From the NCBI RefSeq assembly GCF_001194135.2, contig NC_068987.1, positions 48,737,124 through 48,801,123 on the forward strand: a stretch of 64,000 nucleotides of DNA, read 5' to 3'. A model generated the notes under the pieces. That model was not told the DNA's origin and searched no databases. It saw only the letters and a program-made list of their open reading frames with translations. This stretch comes from Octopus bimaculoides. Its lineage: Eukaryota. Of the stretch, positions 1 through 13,679 are shown in pieces; position 1 is the stretch's first letter, and the number at the start of each line of letters is the position of its first letter. Both the position numbers and the translations under genes were made by a program.

Positions 1-2359
1 AAATTACATCCTATTGTCTCTATGAAAAAAAAAATGCCTAAGAAAAAGATGAGATGATCATGGCTAGAACACCTTTGTTTCTAGGTTTGCTTGATGTGGA
101 CTGACATAGGACTAAATAACAAAGGCTGCAAAACAGAACATTTACAAAATCTAATTGAAACGTTATCATTTTAACATTTTTCTATGCTTGCATGTGTCAG
201 TTTATTGAGGCAGATTTTCTATGACCAGATGTCCTTCTTGTCACCAACTCTCACCTGTTTTCAAGTAAGGTAACATTTCTCCATGTCCAGACACCTTTTC
301 ACAGAATACTGTCAACAAATGACTCTACATCCATCATGCACTATCAAGGCAAGGAGACAAATAAAGACACATGACAGGCTTCTTTCAGTTTCCATCTATC
401 TAATGCACTCACAAGTCTTAGGTTGATCAGGGCTGTAATAGAAGACACCCAAGGTTCCATGCAGTGGGACAGGATTGAACCTGAAATCATGTGGTTTGTG
501 CCTGTACCAATAGCCTTCTTGTTAGTTAATTTTGTTCTTATCTTCCTTGTCTGCTGCAGATCATTTCTGTTATTCCTGTTTGACTAACTACAACATTCTC
601 AACTGTGATTTACAAGCTCTATGCTTTATATTTCTAACTACAAGTGTTGCTGATTGAGCTATCAAGTTCTAATGACTCATGTAATCTGTTATGATCCAAA
701 AAGTACCAATTAGTCAGGGGTGATTGCCTCTTTAGTAATTTGTGATTAAAACCTGTTGTTTTCACTTCTGGGCCTCTCATTGCTTTGTTCATTCTCTTTC
801 AGTTTATTACACTTGCTGTTAATTGCCAACAATTTTGGAGCTAGTGGATCACTGCATTGTATTTAGCACAGAGTAATAGTCTAATATAAAGCTCTTCACT
901 TCACTTATTCTGCTTGCAACTTCTCTGTGGTAGAATGGTGGTGGGAGACAGGACTTGCAAGCAAGAATAAAAGATAAGGATCTACGTATATAAAATGCAT
1001 TAAGTCTTTTTTAGTAGCAGTTCTTATGAGTTTGTAATTAGATACGACGGCTACCAATAACTTTGATAAATATTTATAGTTGTTTGTTTCTGTTGCTCTC
1101 TGCTTTTACTACTATGGCAATTTGAGAATTTCTAACCTCGGGCTGCATTTTAAATTGTCTCTCAATTATTACATCTTGATATATAACTCTATCTTATTAA
1201 AATGGAATAGAACAAGGAAGAAAAATATAGAAAAAGAAAACTTTTTCTTCTTTTAAGCCAAAAGAGTTTTGTATATTGGTGTGACATGAGATGCCAAAAA
1301 AATGTAATTTTTGGTCAGGTTTCTTTAATGGATATTCTGATTCTCCTGAAAGGTTCTGCCTGAAACATTATTTCTTCTCACAACGCATAAACATTCCTTA
1401 CATTTTTTCCTTTTTTATGTTGAATTGATTTGTGCCTTTGCTGAGAACCACTAGTTGCTTCATGCTCTTGTAATTATAATTTAGTCATTATTAACCCTTT
1501 AAATACCAAACCATCTGAGACTGCCTCTGGTTCTGCTATAAAACTGTTCAAAAGTATTCATATCTAATGCCAAAGCTTCTATTTAGTGTTATGTAAGAGC
1601 TTTAAACATGCTACGTTTCAAACACNNNNNNNNNNNNNNNNNNNNNNNNNNNNNNNCCTGAAAGGTTCTGCCTGAAACATTATTTCTTCTCACAACGCAT
1701 AAACATTCCTTACATTTTTTCCTTTTTTATGTTGAATTGATTTGTGCCTTTGCTGAGAACCACTAGTTGCTTCATGCTCTTGTAATTATAATTTAGTCAT
1801 TATTAACCCTTTAAATACCAAACCATCTGAGACTGCCTCTGGTTCTGCTATAAAACTGTTCAAAAGTATTCATATCTAATGCCAAAGCTTCTATTTAGTG
1901 TTATGTAAGAGCTTTAAACATGCTACGTTTCAAACACCAGCTTAACACTGAAAACTGGAGCTATTTTTACTAAATCTTTTCAATACTTTTATTATTTTGT
2001 AAATCATTTGAAACACAATGGTAGGGTATTTCATTGGAAATAAGGTCACAAAATGGTAAAGGAAAGGAAAAACTAAAGAATGAAGCTGTTCTTTATTTTG
2101 CTGGTACTTTTTTAGTTCATGCATTTGATTGAAAAAATTAACCTTGTGTCTTTGGTGAATAACCGTTCTCTATAATCTTTATTTCTGTTCATGACATATG
2201 GATGCAGATGTGGCTATGTAGTCAAGAAACTTGCTTTCCAATTGTCTGATTTTGGTTTCAGTCCCTCTGCATGGCACCTTGGGCAAGTGTCTTGTTTTCT
2301 ATTCCTGTGCTGACCAAAGCCTTGTGAGTGGATTCAGGATACAGAAACTGAATGAAGCT

Positions 2360-2396
<37 letters not shown>

Positions 2397-2397
<1 letters not shown>

Positions 2398-4271
2398 ATA
2401 TATAGAAAAGAACAGAAATGGGGCAATAAATAACAATGAAAAGTTGATCATTGGTATTAAAAGGTCATAGTTTAATTGTAGTTCAGAACCATTTACAGCT
2501 GTTTCTGTTTATCAAATCAAAGTAAATTTGCATTTATCTCGTTCCATTTAACAAACATTGTCAGAATGATTTAGAGGAATATAAATAGGAGAAAAAGGGA
2601 AATGAAAGGAAAAGGAAAAGGCAAAAGAAAAAGGAAGAAGTTTAGGCTTACATTTTAGTGACTTTTTGGGTACCACGTGTGTGTACGTTTCTTCAGACTT
2701 GTTGACTGGCGGTGTTAGTCAAAGGATTTATACCTGGTGGAGATATCCAGTGTTGTTAATTATAATATATAGTGCTGTCAGTGACTGATAGGTTTAGTCC
2801 CTATGGTTACAATTAATGCCCTTGTTAAAAACTAAGGATGCTTTTTAAAGTTAGTATGATATAATGTATATATATGGGCTTCGTAAAGGAATAATAAAAA
2901 GGGTAAATAAATAAAAATCAATAAAAATATAACATTTTCTGAGTCGGCAATTTAGCTTTAAAGTGAATATATTATAGTGGATTATATGCCCTGGTATACG
3001 ACATCTAATTTTAAATAGATAGTTTGGTTAATTGGGAGAAATGAGAAATTTTTCATTTTAATGGCCAAATCAGAATTACTTAATAAACAAATCATGTTTG
3101 CATTAAGATAAATTCTTATTCTCTAAATACCATTAATACCCACATTATAGGTTACTGGCTGACCTGCCTAACATCTTATTACCTCCCCTAACCATCCCAC
3201 TTACCACAGAGCATAATTTAACATCACATCACAATTTTAAATTAATTTACCCCAATTAACCGAACTATCTATTTAAAATTCTACATTGTACAGCAGGGCA
3301 TATAAACCTCTATAATATATCCACTTTAAAGCTTGATTGCCGACTCTCATAACATGTTATATTTTTATTTATTTTTATTTATTTACTCTTTACCTTTTTT
3401 ATTATTCCTTTACAAAGCCCATATATATACATTATGTCGTACTCACTTCGAAAAGCATCCTTAGTTTTTAACAAGGGCATTAATTGTAATCATAGGGACT
3501 AACCTAGCGGCCACTAACAGTGTTGTCGTCTTCTTCATCATCATCATCGTCGTTTAATGTCTGCTTTCCATGCTAGCATGGGTTGGACGATTTGACTGAG
3601 GACTGGTGGACCAGGAGGCGACACCAGGCTCCAATCTGATTTGGCAGAGTTTCTACAGCTGGATGCCCTTCCTAACGCCAACCACTCCAAGAGTGTAGTG
3701 GGTGCTTTTGTGTGCCACCGGCATGAGGGCCAGTCAGGCGGGTACTGGCGACGGCCACGCTCGAAATGGTGTATTTTACGTGTTACCTGCACAGGAGCCA
3801 GTTCATCGGCACTGGCAACGATCTCGCTCAAATGTCTTTCCACGTGCCACTGGCACAAGTGTCCATGCTGGTGCTGTTTACGTGCCACTGGCATGGAAGC
3901 CAGACAGTTGCTCTGGCAATGATCGCGCTTGGACGGTGCTCTTAGTGCTCCACTGTTACAAGTGCCATCACGATTTCACACACATATGGAACCCAAAAGT
4001 TCACTAAAATTTAAGCCTAAAGATTTAATGAACTTTTTCCTTTTTCTTTTGCCTTTTCCTTTTCATTTGCCTTTTTCTCTTATTTATATTCCTCTAAATC
4101 ATTTTGACGATGTTTGTTAAATGGAAAAAGATAAATGCAAATTTACTTTGATTTGATAAGCAGAAACAGCTGTAAATGGTTCTGAACTACAATTAAACTA
4201 TGACCTTTTAATACCAATGATCAACTTTTCATTGTTATCTATTGCTTCATTTCTGTTCTTTTCTATATATA
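2397..4271. mobile_element. Large foldback (palindromic) element, interrupted in the right arm by an RTE 3' fragment
   Basis: 2397-2685 is the reverse complement of about 3978-4271, and about 2768-3037 of about 3250-3525. Both outer ends abut TA runs. Confidence 0.8.
3533..3970 (-). mobile_element. RTE-LINE 3' UTR fragment (truncated copy with (GAT)n tail)
   Basis: Reverse complement of the sequence following the RTE ORF at 41490-41922 (gctagcatggaaagcggacgttaaacgatgatg); (cat)n tract at 3533-3550. Confidence 0.8.
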
Positions 4272-4410
4272 TTAAACCACGGTTTTACCTTTAAATTGCC
4301 AACTACTGTATACCTTTTAGCTAGGACTATACATAGTTAGGTAATACACCAGTAGTGCCTACGGATTTATTTATCCCTTAGATGGTTACATAACCTCTAA
4401 CTCATAATTT

Positions 4411-4452
<42 letters not shown>

Positions 4453-4952
4453 CATTGGTTATCATCATACATGTGGTGTCCTTTATTTTCAATATTCCAT
4501 TATTTCCAATATTAAGTATATATTCAATCCACTCAGTATTTGGAGCCAACTTCGCTTTTCATCCTTCCTAGGCATATAAAATGAGTACGTAATTGTTTAT
4601 AGTTCTCTATGACAGTTAGCCATTTGCCAATGTAAATTATTGGGACAAATGCTGTACCTATGGTCCAACTTAGATCTTTGATGTGTTTCATTACAATTAT
4701 TCTACAAGGATAGGAAGGATTATGAAACTTGCTAACTTTGCTTCATACAAATATAATGTCTAGGGCTGAAGAAATATCACAACCTGTAGTTCAAATTCTA
4801 CTGAGGTTGACTGTCTTTCATGATATAAATATTTGAAAAAAATCTTTGACTAAGTAGGTGAAGAAATTAAACAAATATCTAAGGTGATGTCAGTAAATGA
4901 AAACAGAGAGAAACGATATTGTATTTTATATTATCTTACCCAGGTTGTTTAA

Positions 4953-5666
4953 CCTTCTCCACACTGTTGTCTCAATTTGTCACCCACAAGTTTTCTCCCC
5001 TGTAGCTGCAGGTGCATTTTGTTACCTTGAGAAGGGAACGTAAAACAAACACATTGCTAAATTTATTTCTGGTACTTTAAGCTGTCAGTAGGCTACTTTT
5101 GATTTAGAGTGAGGTTAAACTTCCATTTTCTGATGCCATTTTTATTGTTTATATACTAACCATGAGGTAATCAAGCTTTGAAATTGAACATAGTTTTTTT
5201 TTACTTTTTACCAAGCAAAAATGGCTGCTCCTGCTTTTGAAGCTTTTCTAGAAGAAATCTTGTTTGATTCTGACTCAGATGATGATTTTGATGGATTTAC
5301 TCAGGCAGATGTCAATGGTGAAATTGTTTGAGGTGATGCTGAGGACATAGACTGTGCTTACAGTTATATTGGGGATGATGTATCAAGTGGATACTATCAT
5401 TCATGGCTGGCTGATTTAAGGAAAGTACTGGCCCCAAGGAGGTAGATTTCTGAGGGGCAACTCTTTCATTTGTTTCTTAATGCATTACATAAAAATATTA
5501 TTCATCTATTCCTTTATTAGTATATAAAAAAAAAATCAAGTCTGTATACACAATTCAAAGAAAGTTATAACAATTTTAAAACAGTAGATGCTCATGTCTT
5601 TTGTTCCCTCAAAAATAATGCAGTTACAGGGAAAACTATTCTGGGGACAAATCAGTGTGCTAAAGG
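4953..5666 (+). mobile_element. Internally deleted piggyBac-like element with a transposase N-terminal remnant
   Basis: TTAA at 4949-4952 and 5667-5670. Ends CCTTCTCCACACTG and CAGTGTGCTAAAGG are imperfect TIRs. 5221-5450 encodes MAAPAFEAFLEEILFDSDSDDDFDGFT..., an acidic N-terminus typical of piggyBac transposases, broken by stops. Confidence 0.65.
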
Positions 5667-6926
5667 TTAATAATCTTATAATATTTTGAGAAAGATTGCC
5701 CCTTTTCAAATACAAGAAAGAAGAAAAAGAGTTCATAGAAGTACTGACAGGCCAGTAATACAATATCTTTGCCCTTTGTTTCCATCTATTGCATCATGTA
5801 ACATATTTTGCTTTAACCTACTTTTAACCTAAAGGTTCCTCAAACATTTATGTCATTTACACACATTGCAATGCTTCAAGTAAATTATAATACCTTTTTG
5901 TCTTGCATCTTTTCAGGGTTGATAAGGTAAAAGCTAGTCAATTGCTTGGGCTGATTTAAGTGACTTTATCCTTCCAAAATTTGTTGTTGAACTTCCAATA
6001 GAAACCATCATCATCATTATTATTCTTTATTATGCTAAATTATTTGGGACAACTTAACCTTTCATTCATTTAGGTGTGGGGTCAAAGATATAATCAACAT
6101 TCATTTACTGAGATTAAGTTGACTGCTAGTCTACAACAAATTTGCTTCATGTACCACTGTGATAAATTGTCTCATTGACTATCATTAACTAATTATCTTT
6201 ACAACCTAAAAATTAATATGTACTGGTAACAATCTGGTAGAATTGTTTGTGTTGGAGAGACTGCCTTGCATATTTCTGTTGCCTCTTTTTGAATTCAAAT
6301 CCGTGAATGTCAATTTTACTTTTGTGAACAAGGTGAGCAAGGCTTGAATAAAAGAGCATTAGACTATGCCTGCAAGCTGGACAATTCTACTGGGAAAGGA
6401 CCCTTTGTTAGTCAGAGTAATCCTGTACCTGAATACACTATCTTCTGTCAATTTCACTGGTTCCTTGATGGTAGGTTCTAGGTGGTAGTTCTACTTTTAG
6501 GACATTAATATATCTTGTACATTACTCTTTTACTTGTTTCAGTCATTTGACTGCGGCCATGCTGGAGCAAATTGACCCCAATACTTATTCTTTGTAAGCC
6601 TAGTACTTATTCTATCAATTTCTTTTGCCGAACCGCTAAGTTACGGGGACGTAAACACACCAGCATTGGTTGTCAAGCGATGTTGGGGGGACAAACACAC
6701 ACACACACACACACGCACACACACATATATATATACACATATACATATATACAACGGGCTTCTTTCAGTTTCTGTCTATCAAATCCACTCACAAGGCTTT
6801 CGTCGGCCCGAGGCTATAGTAGAAGACACTTGCCCAAGGTGCCACACAGTGGGACTGAACCTGGAACTATGTAGTTGGTAAGCAAACTACTTACCACACA
6901 GCCACTCCTGTGCTTATGTATATGCT

Positions 6927-6969
<43 letters not shown>

Positions 6970-7054
6970 AAATTTCAGTGTAAGCTTCCATTCTGAACCA
7001 CTTCTTGCATTCGTCAAACTTGCAGCAAGAAAAGAATTATTATTAATGAAAGTG

Positions 7055-7705
7055 GTGAAAGGCAGCAACCTGGCAGAAATGTTAGCATGCTGGGCAAAAT
7101 GCTTAGTGGTATTTTGTCTGTCTACACATTCTGAGTTCAAACTCCGCTGAGGTTGATTTTGCCTTTTATCCTTTCGGGGTCGATAAATTAAGTACCAGTT
7201 GTGTACTGAGGTTGACCTAATCGACTGCCCCCCCACACACACACATACATGTAATTTCAAGCGTGATGCCTAGAGTAGAAAAGATTATTATTTTTGAAAG
7301 TGGTGAGCTAGCAGAATCATTAGCGCATCATACAAAATGCTTAGAGGCATTTTCTTCTGACTCTTTACATTCTGAGTCCTGCTGAGTCAACTTTACTTTT
7401 CATCCTTTTAGGGTTGATAAAATAAAGTACCAGTTCAGCATTGGAGTTGCTGTAATTGATTATATCCCTCCTTTCAAATTGCTAGCCTTAACCCAAAATT
7501 TGAAACAATTACTATTAGCTGGACAGTGAGCTAGCAAAATTGTTAGCATGCGAGACAAAATACTTAGCAGCATTTCATCTGCCTAGTTCTTAGTTTAAAT
7601 TTCATCCTTTTGGAGTAGATGAAATAAATACCAGTTGAGCACTGATGTTGACATAATTGACTAAACCCCTGCCTTCAAAATTTCAGGTCTTGTGCCTATA
7701 ATAGA
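7055..7705 (+). repeat. Head-to-tail cluster of 3 family-B SINEs
   Basis: Three consecutive copies (about 7055, 7300 and 7520) separated by short attattatt tails. Confidence 0.75.
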
Positions 7706-8867
7706 TTATTATTGTTGTTTTTATTGTAAATGTCATTAGCTTGTTAGCTGCATTTAGAACACAGTGCCTTACCTCACATCAACTACCATTATGTAATAAA
7801 TAACTGGAAAATTTGTATTGTAAGCAAATCCATTGTTTTGATGAAACTAAATAGCAGAGTATTGACTTTCATTAGAAGCAAATATAGAAATTAAAGCAGA
7901 AAGTAAACATTTATTTGTTATTAGTTGCTAGTATAGTGGTGGCAGAGCTGTATATCAACAGCTGTAGTGGCTGGAGGGTGTTACATTGAAGTATTTTATC
8001 AAACAATATTGATTGTAACTTATAAGTCTCTGTTTGTCTGTCTGTCTCTCCCCCACCCCTCTCTCATTTTTGTTTTTTTGCTTTTGTATTAATTCTGTCC
8101 CATGAGCTGTTGAAGCACTGGACAAATTGTTCTGGCAGAAATGGCTTAGGTTAATAAGTTTTCATTACCAGATAAACAGATTTATGTCATCTGTTTTCAA
8201 ATCTCACTAGTAAATTAAATATATTCAATAGTTACCAGGTAGTGGTATATTAGGGAAAGGTGTATAATTTTTAACTATATGACAATTACAGGCATGACCA
8301 TGTGGTTGAGTTTGCTTCCCAAGCACATGGTTTCAGGTTCAATCCCATTGTATGTTATTTTGGGCAAGTGTCTGCTTCTATAACTCTGGACTGACAAAAA
8401 CCTTGCGAGTGGATTTGGTAGATGGAAACTGAAGGAAACCTATCAAGTGTGTGTGGGTGTATGTCTGTCATTATTCAGTTTTATTTCAAGATTTCTTGCC
8501 AATAGGGAAAGAGCCGGTTTCTAACCTAGATTCAAGTCTCCTTCATTGGAATTTCAAAAACAAGCTATTTTTGTTTGTATGTATGCGTATGTGCAGATTT
8601 GTTTTTTTTGTTTTGTTTTATTTATGTATTTTCATGCATATAGTTCCATATCTAAATATACTCATATATACTTAAATGGTAAACTTCTGGAAAATTTTAC
8701 AGATTTCCACAGTATTCACACAAAAATCAAAAATAAATTTTGTGTATGTGGAAAAAATTTCATATTAATCTTTTGCATAATGCTCATAGTTTGTTAAAAT
8801 GGGGAAAATGATATGCAGCCTGCTGTTGGTTATGCATAAATTATAAGTTTCATAATTTCTAACTTTG

Positions 8868-10163
8868 GCCGTTGCGGAGGGGAAAATTTTTTTTTTTCTT
8901 GCTAGAAAGAAATAGAAAAACTTTAACTGGTGAAATGTATTGGGACATGGATTCCTTAAGGGAACAAATATTCAGTAATGTTGAAAACCTAAATTTGCTT
9001 CCAAGAAACCGCAGCGTTACTTGTCCAAAAAATGATTTTCCCCTCTGCAACATTTTAAGGCCTTTCAGTTTTTTTAGTTCTTGCACAAAAGGCTTATTCA
9101 GAACTTGCATTTGAAAACTTTTATTTTTAGGCCAGATCTACTCAATAATATTTTCAAAATGGCCATTTTTCTGTTCTGTCCAAGGTACATAAGTATTTTT
9201 TTGTTGCGGAGGGGAAGTCTGTTGCAGAAAAAGTGTGAAGTCCAGATCTTATCTAAAGTGGTGATAATAGCTATTGTAGTTTCAATGATATATTTCATTT
9301 TGATGTGAATTTAAACTTTCAAGAGAGACTAGCAGACCATAAATGCTCAAAAGTGTGTTAATGGCCAATGAAAATAAGCTTGATGTGACTTTCTGCCTGC
9401 AGAATGATCCTCTGAAACTACAATATTTGTATAAATATGCATATATTATGTCTATATTATAGATTGAAACAAGTGGATTGATCAAACAAAAGCCAAATTT
9501 AATATATATCTGGCTGTTGGAAAACTACATTTTTAATAGTGACTATAATTCCAAACTTTTAACCAATAAACAAAAGCCAAAATCCAAAGTATGACCATTC
9601 AAATGAATGCTCATGATGAGTTTAATTAAACAGAGTAATTGTAAATCTGAAGATAAGTGAAAAAAAGAAAGTCTTGGCAGTGAAATCATGACAGCGCAGT
9701 TTACTGCATTTTTTCTCTTGAATACCAACATTTTGCAAGTCTGATAAGTACTTGAACATTGTTTATGGACTTGACTTTTGATACATCTTTTTATTCATTC
9801 TAGCTCTAGATTAGGCACCAGTTTTCTTTCCTTGTTTTGTGAGCACGGGCACTAGTTCACCATATTTGTTGCATTATGGGATAGTGCCAGACCATGTGCT
9901 TTCTTCAAAATAGCTGACTTGTTGTACTTGTGAGTACTCTGGTTTAAACAATGGCTTCTAGTACAGAAAGAAGTAAGAAGTGATCCTATCAAACTTGAAG
10001 AGCACAAGAAAAAAAAAAAAAAGACNNNNNNNNNNNNNNNNNNNNNNNNNNNNNNNNNNNNNNNNNNNNNNNNNNNNNNNNNNNNNNNNNNNNNNNNNNN
10101 NNNNNNNNNNNNNNNNNNNNNNNNNNNNNNNNNNNNNNNNNNNNNNNNNNNNNNNNNNNNNNN

Positions 10164-10207
<44 letters not shown>

Positions 10208-11490
10208 AGCACTGAGAGAAAAAGAATGAAAAGAGAAAAGAGTCCAATCTGAAAAGAAAAAAAACAAGCAGCAAGAAACAAAGGAGATGCACAATGAGGT
10301 GTTCAAGAGCCCCCCAAGCTTTGGAAAAGCAATCAGAAGGGCCGAAAAAGGTTTTTCAGAGGGAAATGTAGAGCCTGGTTCTTCCAATGGTATCACAGTC
10401 CATGTGGAGCAGTATATGCTGTCAACTATCTTCACCAGTTCTACGTTGGTAGGGCCCTGGAACATGTCTCTGATTGTATGATTAAATTTGTTTCTTTATA
10501 GATCTGTTGTTGCTGGTATCAGCACCTTTAGCTGGCCCAGAAGGGATGATATTGACACTTGTCATACAAATGTGTTCTATGGTCCTACCCAGTTGGTTGG
10601 CACTGGACCCTTTACAGTTATTGAGCTGGAAAACATCAAGAAAGCATTTGCTCTTCTCACAAAAAGCCACTGTAAAAGTATTTGTTGAGCTGGAGAACAC
10701 AGGTGCCTCTTCCTTTTCAAACAGACCTTTGTCCTGAGTGTGTTTCTTAAGGATATTTTGGAATATTCTGGTTTAAAAGACAAAACTTATACCCCTTTGA
10801 TTTGTAATTTGATGAGTGATTTTTGTAAACAGTCAGACTTTGTATACAATTATATATTTATTATATATAATTATTCATAATTTTTATATTTAATAACTAT
10901 GCATTTTTTAGAGCAAGTTTGACAAAATTGAAAAGGAGCTAGAGTATGTGATACATATTTTTGGTCAGTATAGCTCCTTCATGTGCACAAAAAGTTTAGA
11001 TTGAGTGTTCTTAATAATATTTTCATTTTGATGCTCATCTGTGTATATTTATTTTCTAGATTACCATTTTAAAGCTAAATGTAGATTTGCTCCAAACTTT
11101 GTGGAAATTTATGAAAACTTTGCTCAGTTGAAACAAATTTGGAAATTAAACTATGTTGTTGATACACTTGCAGTATAAATGTTTACTTTATAACAAGTTA
11201 TTGAAGTGGACACCTGCAACAGTATACTGTCCTACAAGGTGCTGTCCTATTCAGAAAACCTGAAAGATTGGGATTTCTTTCTGTTATCTTTTTTGACAAA
11301 TGTAAAATATTGTAATTCAGCATTCAATTAGTTTTTGTATATTATTACAAGATTCAGAAAAGTCACACACTGACACAGGTGACTTTGTAAAAACTAGAAG
11401 CTTCACTGCTCAAACAGACTCAAATGTCAAAATGTAAAAAAATTATTATGAGAAAAGCACTTCTGATTTTTCCCCTATGCAACATACGGA
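8868..11490 (+). mobile_element. Probable decayed DNA transposon (pogo/TIGD-like?) with a Tudor/SH3-like C-terminal remnant
   Basis: Frameshifted remnant at about 10400-10690: GAVYAVNYLHQFYVGRALEHVSDCMIKF/YRSVVAGISTFSWPRRDDIDTCHTNVFYGPTQLVGTGPFTV. Motif GTTGC(G/A)(G/T)AGGGGAAAAT occurs at 8871 (+), 9033 (-), 9203 (+) and 11464 (-). Family and boundaries are inferred. Confidence 0.4.
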
Positions 11491-11493
11491 ACA

Positions 11494-11536
11494 GTGTGTG
11501 TGTGTATGTGTGTATATATATGTATGTATATATGCG

Positions 11537-11584
<48 letters not shown>

Positions 11585-12156
11585 NNNNNNNNNNNNNNNN
11601 NNNNNNNNNNNNNNNNNNNNNNNNNNNNNNNNNNNNNNNNNNNNNNNNNNNNNNNNNNNNNNNNNNNNNNNNNNNNNNNNNNNNNNNNNNNNNNNNNNNN
11701 NNNNNNNNNNNNNNNNNNNNNNNNNNNNNNNNNNNNNNNNNNNNNNNNNNNNNNNNNNNNNNNNNNNNNNNNNNNNNNNNNNNNNNNNNNNNNNNNNNNN
11801 NNNNNNNNNNNNNNNNNNNNNNNNNNNNNNNNNNNNNNNNNNNNNNNNNNNNNNNNNNNNNNNNNNNNNNNNNNNNNNNNNNNNNNNNNNNNNNNNNNNN
11901 NNNNNNNNNNNNNNNNNNNNNNNNNNNNNNNNNNNNNNNNNNNNNNNNNNNNNNNNNNNNNNNNNNNNNNNNNNNNNNNNNNNNNNNNNNNNNNNNNNNN
12001 NNNNNNNNNNNNNNNNNNNNNNNNNNNNNNNNNNNNNNNNNNNNNNNNNNNNNNNNNNNNNNNNNNNNNNNNNNNNNNNNNNNNNNNNNNNNNNNNNNNN
12101 NNNNNNNNNNNNNNNNNNNNNNNNNNNNNNNNNNNNNNNNNNNNNNNNNNNNNNNN

Positions 12157-12192
<36 letters not shown>

Positions 12193-12200
12193 CATACACA
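11494..12200. repeat. (TG)n/(TA)n microsatellites around an N gap (representative)
   Basis: Visible directly. Similar TA/CA/GA/TAA tracts flank most gaps, for example 10164, 15560-15640, 25610, 26082-26120, 33060, 37140-37203, 47680-47735, 48480 and 58500-59440. Confidence 0.95.
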
Positions 12201-13679
12201 CGTATACATCAAAGTTTAGCTATTTATAAATAATACGTCGAAGCAATTAAATATGTAATGTTTTTCTTAATCATCACAGAAATATTGTTTTGTAATTAAG
12301 TAGCATTTGTGAGAATAAAAAATGATGCTTTTGCAACTGAAATTTGAGGACATTGCAAGTGAGACTTAGCAACTGTCCTAATCAACTGCAAGATTTCTTT
12401 GCAGTGTGAGTAGCACAGCTTTTGTAGTAATCTTAGAATTTGTGTGAGACATCGCTCTTGAGATACTCTCAGAATAACTTACATTGTAAACCTAGAAAAG
12501 CTTGAGCTGGATTTTCCCCATCATCAGCTGAAAAATGATGATGATAAATGGCCACGTAACTAATTATATTTTTATTGCCATTTTGATTTAACTCTTTTTT
12601 AATGATATTTCTGTTGAAATACATTGCCTTTTGTTTCCAGTAACTTGGAAGAATAACTGAGAATTTAGTTGAATAACTTGTTATTTTTAAAACTTGTGTT
12701 TGAAAAATAAATTAACAGAATTTTGATGGAAAGTTTTAATTTAGATTATTTTAAAACAGGAAGTTTGTATCATAGAACCAAGAGTATTGTAAGGTAGGTT
12801 GATATCAAAAGTGTTAGCATGATATAGTTTCAATAGCTCTGTTATATTATAAGCTTTCTCCAAACAACACCGCTCTAGTTTTATGGCATCAACATCTGAT
12901 GAGAAATGAATTTTACTTGGATGGAGTGTTAGTCTATTCAAATTAATAATTCCAGTGACAGGGTACTCATTACTGACAGTAAGATAAACTGAGCTAAATA
13001 CTGAAATGCCTACAATAGATTTTAAATGAATATGAATGAACTGATTGTCCTACAGTATAAGTTCAGTTGTTTTATCCATGCATATGTATTCATATAGAGA
13101 ATTATTGTATAAACATAAAAAGGTAAATCCATGATAATTAAGAGCTGGTTGTTAAACTTTGGCATTTTATTAAAGTAAATTCAAGTGGGACTGACTTGCA
13201 TGCATATGCATAATTGGCTAAAATAATCTTTAAGAGCAACATATTTAAAATAAAAGTAGTAAAGCATAACTTTCAATTATTGTTCAAATATTGTGATCAA
13301 CAGTTATTTCATTAAGATAAACATCATTAACTGTATAATTACATAATTTTAACACAAAATTATTTTGAATTAGCTTAAGCACTGTATTTACTCAAATCAT
13401 CAACAATATATTAGCCTTTTAAACTTAGTTTAACTTAAATTTGATTTAAATTAACTATGTATTGCAATTATGTAATTATACATTTAATGATGTTCATCAT
13501 AATGAAACAACTGATGTCTGCTCCCAACATGGCATCACAAGGCAAATAAAAGTTGCTATGTACTGTGTATATCTTTTACTTGTTTCAGTCATTAGACTGG
13601 GGCCATGCTGGATCACCGCCTTGACATTGACATTATTCATTTAATTATGTGAGACATAAATCCTTTACAGGCATCATGT

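Noticed and set aside
1345-1937. Exact 281-bp tandem duplication (1345-1625 and 1657-1937)
   Set aside because: The copies are separated only by an N gap and are identical, typical of unmerged overlapping contig ends.
11420-12233. Long ORFs spanning N runs and microsatellites (also 18492-19122, 30656-31379, 32975-33519, 36634-37105, 41901-42441, 58433-59614)
   Set aside because: Their length comes from X codons and YI/HT/CV dinucleotide repeats; there is no coding signal.
12741-12941. 66-aa minus-strand ORF as a nested gene exon
   Set aside because: No recognisable domain and no partner exons or convincing splice pattern.
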